From: Paraspadella gotoi
Taxonomy: Eukaryota; Animalia; Chaetognatha
Reading direction: 5' to 3'
Length of the DNA: 64,000 bases
Assembly (NCBI GenBank): GCA_051294375.1
Contig: CM119270.1
Span: 11,404,141 to 11,468,140, forward strand
A program made the translations under genes and the position numbers. The notes beneath the pieces were generated by a model. It saw only the letters and a list, made by a program, of their open reading frames with translations, was not told the DNA's origin and made no database searches. Shown piece after piece: positions 52,928-64,000 of the stretch (position 1 is its first letter; each line of letters starts with the position of its first letter).

Positions 52928-54314
52928 TTCTAAAAATAAAATGATAAAAAGACAAGTTGTCGTTAAAAAGACGAAAGAGAGAAAATATTATTAAAAGAAA
53001 ATTAGAATCCGAAAACTTGAAAGAAGAGGACTAAAGAAAACATGAAATAAAATATATGAAGATCAGTTTAAAAGGGGGAAAAAATAGAAAAATAACCCAA
53101 CCAAATCTGATTGTCGAGAATTTCTCCTCAAAATCAATTATTATTTTTCCTCGTTCCTCCTTTTTCCTCTTCCTCTCAATTAATCGAACAAATTTGACGT
53201 CTTTAAATTTCAATGGCGGTAAAAGAAAGAAAAAATAAAACAAAAAATAAAACGTGGGCGATTTAAATTCACGAATTTGAAATTCGAAACCGTCTTTCAC
53301 GTTTGAGGAAAGCCGCCGATTGAAAAGACAATATCGGGAAAGGAAAACGATGGAAGAGCGGGGGAGATCTCTAAAGATAAAAAGGAGATAGGAGGAAAAG
53401 CGGAGATCGGAGGAAAGAAATGAGACTGACGGAAAGAAGGAAGATTGAAGGTAAAAGGGGGATCGGAAGAAAGAAAGGAGATTGGAGGAAAGAAAGGAGA
53501 TTGAAAGAATTAAGTAAGATGAGAAGAAGAAAGGGAGGTTGGAAGAAATACATCAAGAGTAAAAGAATTGTCACTAGAAAAAAAGAGGCATGAGAGATAA
53601 AACGGTGCTCGGTGAATATAAAAATACGTATAGGTCCGTTTGGAAAACCGTGAAGATAAAAGGAAAATCTGGTTGGACAAAAGACAAAGAGGTAGAGGGA
53701 AGCGAATTTTTCGTTCAATATTCGATGAAAACAAATGGGGAGAGAGATGGAATCACAGATGGCGGTGAGCCCTTGTTTGTTTTTTTGTTCCAGTGGAAAA
53801 CAACACAGAAATGAAAAAAGGATAAACAATTTAATATATAATAAGTAAAAACTTAATTTAGTCTGAAGCAACAACCAAAGGTTTTAAACCAAACCAACCA
53901 AACGATCCAATTCTAAAGGTTAATGTACATATCATGTCGTCTTGAAGAATCCTGAAATGTAACTTCATTTACAATACTCCCTTACAATTTGACAGCAACG
54001 CTCAAAACCACTCGCTTGCCGGTGGCCACACATAATGGCCGATGGGGCCACTTCACCCATTATCCTCATTTTATTTGCAATGGACAATAAATATTTAAAT
54101 CAATAAACAACGATTGCCTTCCATCGACCGGGATGGCTAAATCAAATGGGACTCTCAATCCAACGAATGGGGCCAATCAACTCATTAAGCCCTTCCTCGT
54201 TGCCGATTCAATTCCATCTATTTATTTAAAGTATTTTCTCTGGGCGCTCTGCTGATTCGTGACTTTTTATTATTAATTTGAAGCGCCTCACGCTCTCTCT
54301 CTTCTTTCTCTCAC

Positions 54315-54529
54315 CAGATGGCGATGGCAGCGGCGGCGTGAAGTGTGGTTTGTGCGTCACGTGAGGTCGGGGAGTGGCGGAGGTTGAGGGAACCCGGAAG
54401 AGCAGCCGATGGTGGCGCCGTGAGCGGCCGGTCGAGAGTTCGGGGCGGCGCCGGCGAGGGGAGGAGGGCGCGACCCGAGAGGAGTTGGGATGCCAAAGGG
54501 GCGAAACGGGGGGAAGGGGAGTGGGGAGC
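54315..54529 (-). CDS. Upstream proline-rich exon of the IWRPF-ending gene (copy B of three)
   Basis: Acceptor CCCAACAG and donor TG|GTGAG. The consensus over copies reads GSPLPFPPFRPFGIPTPLGSRPPPLAGAAPNSRPALTAPPSAALPVPSTSATPHAHVTPTPHFTPPLPSPS, phase 1 at both ends and compatible with the 48064 acceptor. Single copies carry indels. Confidence 0.55.
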
Positions 54530-54599
54530 CTGTTGGGCGCGGGACGGGAAAATGGGTTATGACGGAAGGGTAATGGAGTGAAGGTGAAGGGGAGGTAGG

Positions 54600-54672
<73 letters not shown>

Positions 54673-54877
54673 CCATTCGATAACAAACTCAAGGATGAAG
54701 GAGAAGAAAAGTGAGAGAGTGCGAGAGATATGAGCGACAAAAGAGAGAGATGAGAGACAAGGGAGAAAGGAAAGGAGAATGGAAAAGAGAAATGAGAGAT
54801 AGAGGAGAGGTCAATAGCGACCAAAGCGAGGTTAACTGGTTCAAAGTAAAGACAATGAGAACGATGGAGATGGGGGT

Positions 54878-54950
<73 letters not shown>

Positions 54951-55791
54951 AAGAGAGAGAGAGAGAAAAGAAGAGAGACTTTAAAATAAAATGATAAAAA
55001 GACAAGTTGTCGTTAAAAAGACGAAAGAGAGAAAATATTATTAAAAGAAAATTAGAATCCGAAAACTTGAAAGAAGGGGACTAAAGAAAACATTGAATAA
55101 AATATATGAAGATCAGTTTAAAAGGGGAAAAAAAGAAAAATAACCCAACCAAATCTGATTGTCGAGAATTTCTCCTCAAAATCAATTATTATTTTTTTCC
55201 TCGTTCCTCCTTTTTTCCTCTTCCTCTCAATTAATCGAACAAATTTGACGTCTTTAAATTTCAATGGCGGTAAAAAGAAAGAAAAAAATAAAACAAAAAA
55301 TAAAACGTGGGCGATTTAAATTCACGAATTTGAAAATTCGAAACCGTCTTTCACGTTTGAGGAAAGCCGCCGATTGAAAAGACAATATCGGGAAAGGAAA
55401 ACGATGGAAGAGCGGGGGAGATCTCTAAAGATAAAAAGGAGATAGGAGGAAAAGCGGAGATCGGAGGAAAGAAATGAGACTGACGGAAAGAAGGAAGATT
55501 GAAGGTAAAAAGGGGATCGGAAGAAAGAAAGGAGATTGGAGGAAAGAAAGGAGATTGAAAGAATTAAGTAAGATGAGAAGAAGAAAGGGAGGTTGGAAGA
55601 AATACATCAAGAGTAAAAGAATTGTCACTAGAAAAAAGAGGCATGAGAGATAAAACGGTGCTCGGTGAATATAAAATACGTATAGGTTCCGTTTGGAAAA
55701 CGTGAAGATAAAAGGAAAATCTTGGTTGGACAAAGACAAAGAGGTAGAAGGGAAGCGAATTTTTCGTTCAATATTCGATGAAAACAAATGG

Positions 55792-55875
<84 letters not shown>

Positions 55876-57068
55876 GCATCTAGAGCTGAAGCCCAAAAGA
55901 ATTGAAAAAGNNNNNNNNNNNNNNNNNNNNNNNNNATTTGTCGAGATGATTTATGAGTGAAATTCTAACCTGAGGTAAGAGACACTAGTTCAAAAGAAAA
56001 GGAAACTTTGACAAAGTTAACGGTAAAAGTCTATTATCCAAAATTTGAAGATTTCCTAAGAATATAACGGATTATGAACAAAACACCAAGATTTTATTTT
56101 AAAGAGTATTTTTGGCCATTTGACAAAAACGAGATATGGGTAAATAGTTTTCAGAGAAAAATTTATTTTGAAATCAAATGCCCCTCTCTCTTATTCGTCC
56201 TTTATCTCTCTTTTTCTCTCGCTCTCTCGCTCTGTTGGGAATGAATTATTTTCCCAATTTCTCCAGCAAGGACAAACAAAAACGCAATACGATATTGAAT
56301 TAAAACTCTGCAGTAGAAAAAAATAAATCCGAGGGCAGTCATGTGCTCTGAAAAGAGAATGATCAAAAAAGCATCCATAGTTTTTTGTTTTTTTTATAAG
56401 GAACAACAACAAAGTTTAAAGCTATTGAATTAAATGACTCCCACTATTTTCCGTCAAATCCCTTTTCTGAGAAAACCCTATTCACGCTTGCCCTCACCCC
56501 TGTTTCTTTTTTCAAAAAAAAGGAAAGAAGAAAAAACACTTGTAAAATTGAGAAATTTTTTTTAGGTTCAAACGTGCGTGGGGTTCAAAAGGAATCAAAC
56601 TTGTTTTTGTTGTTTCCTAGTTTTTGATAGTTTGACGATGGCAAAACGTTTTTCAGCTCTTCTCTCTCTCCTCTGTGTTGTTGTTACCCAGCAGTTTGTT
56701 CGTTTTCCCATTCTTGCCACGGGATCCAACAACAACCTTCAAAAGGGAAAAATCCTTCTCGCCCAGATTTCCTCCAGTTACACATCCGGGTTCCACGCGT
56801 CCCGCGATCACGGTGACGATTGGCGTCGCCAGGGCGTGACGCGTTTCGTGCGCGTGGCGCGTCAAGCGTCGCCGAATCACAAAAAGAACAAGAATGGCGT
56901 GAGCCTTGTTTTTTTGCTTCCGTGGAAAATGCACAACAGAAATGAAAAAAGGATAAAAACAAATTTAATATATAAAAAAGTAAAAAACTTTATTTAGTCT
57001 GAAGCAACAACCAAAAAGGTTTTTTAAACTAACCAACGCAACGAGCCAATTCTAAGGTTAAATGTGTA

Positions 57069-57733
57069 CTATCTAGGAAAAAAAGTTAGAAACATTTTTT
57101 TTTTAAAAGTTCATTTAATTCAATAAAATATAGCAAAAAGCATGGGTAAAAACATGTCTTACTCAATATTTGGGTTGCCCTCCCTGCGGCATCGACCCAC
57201 TGCCTGCCATTTGTCTGGCATGCTCTCGTAAAAGCGGAAATTGGAGGTACGAAGGTGAAATGTTTTTTCCAGGCAGCCTTTAGCGCAATTCTTTTTCAGC
57301 CCCGATGTTGATTGTTTGCGCGTCTATTGCTGATGAACCTTGTTGGCGGTCTTTCCCTCTTATTTCTCAGAGGCTACAATTGCACCTTTATGAACAAAGA
57401 GAAGGGGCTGTCTATTCGTTCGGCATACCAAATTTAAAAAAAATAAAAAATAACTAACTCAATTTGAAAATAGAAACAAATAACTCAATACCGCAAGAAA
57501 TGTGGAAAACCTAAGGCCGATTTTTTCCGCCATTTTTCACTGAGGTAGCAAGTCTTATTTTTGCCTCTAACTTCTATAAACGGTTGGATCTACGAAAAAA
57601 TGGAGCGAAGCAACTGAAGGAAATTTAGTGTAGAATCTGAAACATCCTGATTTTTTATTTTTAAAAATCGAGCCAAGTTTTTCCAGTAGATATCCTCAAT
57701 TTAAAAAATTGTTTCTAACTTTTTCCTAGATAG
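57069..57733 (-). mobile_element. Second copy of the deleted Tc1 element (same insertion site, duplicated block C)
   Basis: Same TIRs, TA flanks and transposase remnant. Confidence 0.8.
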
Positions 57734-58141
57734 TAGCATATCAATGTCGTCATTGAAGAATCCTGAAATGTAACTTCATTTACAATACTCCCTTACAATT
57801 TGACAGCAACGCTCAAAACCATCTCGCTTGCCGTGGCCACACGATAATGGCCGATGGGCCACTGTCACCCATTATCCCCTCATTTTATTTGCAATGGACA
57901 ATAAACTATTTAATCAATAAACAAACGATTTGCCTTCCATCGACCGGGATGGCTTAAATCAAATGGGACTCTCAATCCCAACGAATGGGCCAATCAACTC
58001 ATTAAGGCTAGACCTTCCTCGTTGCCGATTCAAATTCCATCTATTTATTTTAAAGTATTTTTGCTTGGGCCGCTTCTGCTGATTCGTGACTTTTTATTAT
58101 TAATATTGAAGCGCCTCACGCTCTCTCTCTCTTTCTCTCAC

Positions 58142-58357
58142 CAGATGGCGATGGCAGCGGCGGCGTGAAGTGTGGTGTTGCGCGTCACGTGGAGCGTGGG
58201 GAGTGGCGGAGGTTGAGGGAACCGGAAGAGCAGCCGATGGTGGCGCCGTGAGCGCCGGTCGAGAGTTCGGGGCGGCGCCGGCGAGGGGAGGAGGGCGCGA
58301 ACCCGAGAGGAGTTGGGGATGCCAAAAGGGGCGAAACGGGGGGAAGGGGAGTGGGAC
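58142..58357 (-). CDS. Upstream proline-rich exon of the IWRPF-ending gene (copy C, frameshifted)
   Basis: Same splice signals and sequence as 54315-54529, with small indels. Confidence 0.45.
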
Positions 58358-58427
58358 CTGTTGGGCGGGAACGGGAGAAATGGGTTATGACGGAAGGGTG
58401 TAATGGAGTGAAGGTGAAGGGGGGTAG

Positions 58428-58510
<83 letters not shown>

Positions 58511-58709
58511 TCGATAAACAACTCAAGGATGAAGGAGAAGAAAAGTGAGAGAGTGCGAGAGATATGAAGCGACAAAAGAGAGATGAGAGACAAGGGAGAA
58601 GGAGAAAGGAGAATGGAAAGAGAAATGAGAGATAGAGGAGAGGTCAAATGCGACTCAAAGCGAGTTAACTGGTTCAAAGTAAAGACAATGATGAACGATG
58701 GAGATGGGG

Positions 58710-58799
<90 letters not shown>

Positions 58800-59626
58800 A
58801 GCTTCTAAAAATAAAATGATAAAAAGACAAGTTGTGTTAAAAAGACGAAAGAGAGAAAATATTATTAAAAGAAATTAGAATCCGAAAACTTGAAAAGAAG
58901 AGGGACTAAAGAAAACATGAATATAAAATATATGAAGATCAGTTTAAAAGGGGAAAAAATAGAAAAAATAACCCACACCAAATCTGATTGTCGAGAATTT
59001 CTCCTCAAATCAATTATTATTTTTTCCTCGTTCCTCCTTTTTTCCTCTTCCTCTCAATTAATCGAACAAATTTGAGCGTCTTTTAAATTTCAATGGCGGT
59101 AAAAAGAAAGAAAAAAATAAACAAAAAATAAAACGTGGGCGATTTAAATTCAGCAATTTGAAAATTCGAAACCGTCTTTCACGTTTGAGGAAAGCCGCCC
59201 GATTGAAAAGACAATATCGGGAAAGGAAAACGATGGGAAGAGCGGGGGAAGATCTCTAAAGATAAAAAGGAGATAGGAGGAAAAGCGGAGATCGGAGGAA
59301 AGAAATGAGACTGACGGAAAGAAGGAAGATTGAAGGTAAAAAGGGGATCGGAAGAAAGAAAGAGATTGAGAAAAAGAAGGAGATTGAAAGAATTAAGTAA
59401 GATGAGAAGAAGAAAGGGAGGTTGGAAGAAATACATCAAGAGTAAAAGAAATTGTCACCTAGAAAAAAAGAGGCATGAGAGATAAAACGGTGCTCGGTGA
59501 ATATAAAATACGTATAGGTTCCGTTTGGAAAACGTGAAGATAAAAGGAAAATCTGGTTGGACAAAGACAAAGAGGTAGAGGGAAGCGAATTTTTCGTTCA
59601 ATATTCGATGAAAACAAATGGCCGAG

Positions 59627-59698
<72 letters not shown>

Positions 59699-60469
59699 AG
59701 CAGAAGAGAGAGAGCGCATCTAGAGCTGAAGCCCAAAAGAATTGAAAAAGATTTGTCGAGATGATTTATGAGTGAAATTCTAACCTGAGGTAAGAGACAC
59801 TAGTTCAAAAGAAAAGGAAACTTTGACAAAGTTAACGGTAAAAGTCTATTATCCAAAATTTGAAGATTTCCTAAGAATATAACGGATTAATGAACAAAAC
59901 CCCAAGATTTTATTTTAAAGAGTATTTTTGGCCATTTGACAAAAACGAGATATGGGTAAATAGTTTTCAGAGAAAAATTATTTTGAAATCAAATGCCCCT
60001 CTCTCTTATTCGTCCTTTATCTCTCTTTTCTCTCGCTCTCTCGCTCTGTTGGGAATGAATTATTTTCCCAATTTCTCCAGCAAGGACAAACAAAACGCAA
60101 TACGATATTGAATTAAAACTCTGCAGTAGAAAAAAAATAAAACCGAGGGCAGTCATGTGCTCTGAAAAGAGAATATCAAAAAAAGCATCCATAGTTTTTT
60201 TTTTTTTATAAGGAACAACAACAAAGTTTAAAGCTATTGAATTAAATGACTCCCACTATTTTCCGTCAAATCCCTTTTCTGAGAAAACCCTATTCACGCT
60301 TGCCCTCACCCCTGTTTCTTTTTTTCAAAAAAAAGAAAGGAAAGAAGAAAACACTTGTAAAAATTGAGAAATTTTTTTTAGGTTCAAACGTGCGTGGGGT
60401 TCAAAAGGAATCAAACTTGTTTTTGTTGTTTCCTAGTTTTTGATAGTTTGACGATGGCAAAACGTTTTT

Positions 60470-60471
<2 letters not shown>

Positions 60472-60558
<87 letters not shown>

Positions 60559-60629
60559 TGGAATCGAGAAAAAGTCTCCGACTGAAACGAGATTTCTTTC
60601 NNNNNNNNNNNNNNNNNNNNNNNNNAAGA

Positions 60630-60727
<98 letters not shown>

Positions 60728-60763
60728 ATCGAAAAAAGTCTCCGACTGAAACGAGATTTCTTC
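60472..60763 (+). repeat. Short duplication on both sides of a 25-N gap
   Basis: (GA)n-ATGGAATCG..AAAAAGTCTCCGACTGAAACGAGATTTCTT occurs before (60558-60600) and after (60723-60763) the gap. Confidence 0.85.
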
Positions 60764-62326
60764 GAGCTCTTGAAATCCTCCAAAAATCAACGGCGAAAAA
60801 ATCACGTACACTTTTTTAAAACTCGTGAGAAGCAAGCGACACTAATGGCGCCGCCGACGCGGCCAACGCCGCCAACGCCGCCGACGCCGCCAACGGGTAA
60901 TAGAACCAACGACGCCGTTGGCGACGCAAAACGCGCCTCAGTTCATCTCTGCGCAGTTGGTGTCAGAAAAGAGGTCGTGACTTTGACACCACCGAGACGA
61001 ATTCGTGTCGATGTCGCGTCGCCTTTTCAGATATGACATCGAAGTCAATTAGGCGGATTTCTGAGAAATGAGACGAGGACTCAGACAGGTGAAACGATAC
61101 CGTACCGACCGAGAAATAAAATGCTATTATAAAGAATTCAAGCTGTATTCAAAGTAGAACTAGTATCAGAACGATGTTCAGTATTCGAACCATTTGTTTC
61201 AATTAATTGTGCTCTATAATCAGACGCAAAAAGACGACTCACAATTCAGTCCAGTTTCAGTGTAATACTTGAAATTCAGGACTGTCTCTATGAGCGACCT
61301 AAAAGCTTAAAAATTCAATTCGCTTCTGGGCGAAAATGGGGAAAACCAGTGGCTGCGCCAAAACATGTAAATCACTTTCAAGGGCTTAAACAAAGCTGTT
61401 ACTAAAGCACTAAAAGCATTTCGGTACTTGCAAAAATATGTTATAAATCAAAACAATATTATTTTGTTTTGATATATGATATTCGATCAAAATGCTTTGA
61501 TCAAGACATAGAATAAGAAATAGAATAAAATAAAATATAATATAAAAAATATTTGTTAAAAAAAATATTAAAAAATACTTAAACTAAAATTGATTGCATT
61601 TTGTTTTTCCAAAATGCTCATTTGTTTGTAAAGCCATCTGGTTTATTGAGACTAAAACAGGCAAAATTTGCTATTTTGTTGAAAAGCAGGTACAAGTAAA
61701 GATCTAGTGGGTGCAGACAGAAGAGCAAATTTTTATAGAATGTAAAGGTAAATTGCTCATATTAAAGAAAGTAAGAGATAAAGTAGACATAGGAGAAAAA
61801 ATATAACGGAAAAAAAAGAAAAAAAAAAGAATTGTACAAATTAGGGGTACAAAAATTTAACCGTCCCTATTTTGGTCTTCGCCGAAAAATTTTCTCGGCT
61901 GAAGGAGAGAGATGTTTGTAGTCTCAGCTGTTTTCGCCTTATTTTGTTTTGAAAAATGTCTCCCTCTCACTATCTTTTTCGTCCTCATCTTTAAATCGCT
62001 TCCTACCTTCTTATTTTCCATCATCCTTTTTTCCCCCATTTCTCTCTACGTAACGTTTTACTAAATGTTTCTACAAATTCTAGCTATTTTCATTTTGTCG
62101 TCCCTCACCTGTAATTTCATCTGAACTAATTTTCCTTCTAAATTTGTTTTTCCTTTTTTTGTATCAAATTTAATTTGGTTGAGGAAAAAAAATTAGTGGA
62201 GCAAAAAACAAAATTTCATGAAATCTAATCGAATGACTCGATTTCTCCCTCATCGGATTTCATTGGGTATTTTTTCTTATTTTTTCTTTCCTTTTTCCTT
62301 CTTTTTCCTTCCCTTACCTTAACTTT

Positions 62327-62368
<42 letters not shown>

Positions 62369-63618
62369 CTCTCTTCCTCCTCTCTCTCTCTCTCTCTCTC
62401 GGTAAAAATTCAATCACGCGAAGTGATATTAAATAAAATTGTTTGGCTTTTCAGAGGCGTCGTCGTCGAGGGGTCGTCGTCTTTCTCATCGTCGTCCCAC
62501 GCCACCCCGAAATTCTGCGTCCTTGTGTTTTGATGTTGTTATTTCTGCTCCATTTTGGTCTCCGCGGTTTTTTTTTTTTTTTTTTTTTTAAGCCGAATTT
62601 TTCCGGCGGCTTAAGCTTGTTGCTATCATTGTTTATGTTTGTGGTTTCGTCGACGTCATGGTCGTCGTCATCGTCGGCGACCTCTATAACGTTATCGTCG
62701 TTTTTCGTCGTCGTCGTCCTCCTTTCAACATTACTGGGATTTTCTGATTTTAATGGAAAACAAAGTAGAACAGGGATTTCGGATAAAAAAAAATCTAAAA
62801 AAAAAAAAAAAACGGATCCAGAAAAAACATTTTCATAAAACGCATTTAATCGTCGAAAAAATGAAATAAAAAAAAATTTCGTAAGCAGAAAAGGGGAAAT
62901 GTAAAATTCTTGATGTTTCCTAAAATCTCATGTTATAGCGCGAATCTCAAAATCACTGGCTACAAACTTCTGACTCGCGTCAGAAAACGAGAGAAAGAAA
63001 AATATTGTGAATTATATTATATCTTAGTAGGTAGAAGAGAGAAGACGAATGTAAATGAGAATCTCTCTCACTCTCACTCTCTCTCTCTTAGGCGCGCGAG
63101 CACTCGCTCTCTGCGATACCAGTCGTTTCGTTCCGCCACATTTACTTTGTACAGTAAGTTTGGGCTAATTAGGATCTGGAATTTATTTGGCTTCGCTGAG
63201 AGAAGGGAAAGGAAATCGAATGAGAGAGAGAGAAGAGGGAGAGAGAGAGAGAGAGAAAGAGAAGCAGGCACCCTCCTCTCGTTGGCAAAGCGCGAACGGG
63301 TCAAAGCGCTAGAAAAGAGACTCAAGAAACGAGTGACAAATCGTGACGAGAAGGAGGAGAGAGGAAGAGGAAGAGAAGAGGAGCAAAATGCGGTTAAAAA
63401 AGGAAATGAGAACGAGGAGAAATTACATAGGATGGGACCACAACATGAGGTAAGGACCTGCCGGGTTGGGTGAGGTCGATTGGATAAACTCACCAAAAGG
63501 GAAGTGAAAAGAAAAAAGTAGGAATAAAGTGGAGAGAAAAGAAAGGAAAGTTCAGGAATGACAAAATAAAAATATTAGAAGAAAAAAGATAAGAATAAAA
63601 AAATCGGAGCCAAAAAGA

Positions 63619-63649
<31 letters not shown>

Positions 63650-63663
63650 TGAGAGAGGAGAGG

Positions 63664-63727
<64 letters not shown>

Positions 63728-63837
63728 GGAGAGAGAGAGAGAGAAGAGAGAAAAGCGTCGACCTCTTCTGTCACGAGAGGTGAATGGAATCAGGTTGTTC
63801 TCGCGACGACGGAAAGAAAAAGAGAGAGGAGAGAGAG

Positions 63838-63909
<72 letters not shown>

Positions 63910-64000
63910 GAAGAGAGACAAGCGAGGTCGAGGGACGAAAATTGGATGGTGGAAAAACCGAAACAGTTCGTTTTGTTCACCGTCTCGGTGATCGGGTCAT

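Larger units (their letters stand above)
51270..60471 (+). repeat. ~3.8-kb unit present three times (A ~51270-53740, B ~53760-56652, C ~56662-60471)
   Basis: Colinear matches, e.g. GAAGAATCCTGAAATGTAACTTC near 52296, 53944 and 57755. A lacks the 3' ~0.8 kb; B lacks the first ~200 bp and the Tc1 insertion. Confidence 0.95.
445..63906. repeat. Dozens of dispersed (GA)n/(CT)n and (TCG)n/(CGA)n microsatellites
   Basis: Examples: 850-950, 4290-4400, 5350-5436, 7780-7865, 35010-35090, 60472-60556, 63620-63750; (GTC)n at 7580-7660, 12225-12283, 16681-16720. Confidence 0.95.

Noticed and set aside
56653-56934. IVTVIAGR stretch resembling the Runt-domain VTVxAGN motif
   Set aside because: The flanking residues do not match the Runt domain, the frame is not kept in copy A, and no matching splice structure was found.
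346-63980. The many SLSLSL / RERERE / FFLSF ORFs in the track
   Set aside because: They are translations of (CT)n, (GA)n and (TTTC)n microsatellites, which contain no stop codons; there is no other coding evidence.

Overview
Eukaryotic (invertebrate-like) AT-rich genomic DNA with dense (GA)n/(CT)n and (TCG)n microsatellites. Almost all ORFs in the supplied track are repeat artefacts. The assembly looks error-prone, with indel-rich duplicate blocks and placeholder N gaps. Two spliced genes face each other tail to tail. (1) A + strand gene (best copy 35654-44361; eight exons join in frame) encodes a type I membrane protein with one divergent SUEL/rhamnose-binding-lectin-like domain, a transmembrane helix and an acidic, Tyr-containing tail. 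(2) The 3' part of a - strand transcription-factor-like gene (three exons, stop at 46611) ends in the Groucho-type motif IWRPF and is probably Runx-like; its DNA-binding domain is not in the window. A ~16 kb block is present twice (about 15560-31770 and 31780-47250) and a ~3.8 kb block three times (about 51270-60470); both are most likely uncollapsed haplotypes or gap-fill artefacts. Mobile DNA includes an internally deleted Tc1 element with both filled and empty sites visible, a fully palindromic foldback element inside a lectin-gene intron, and two unrelated short TGTAG...CTACA palindromic elements with 4-bp target duplications and tRNA-like cores. The last are the most unusual signal in the window.
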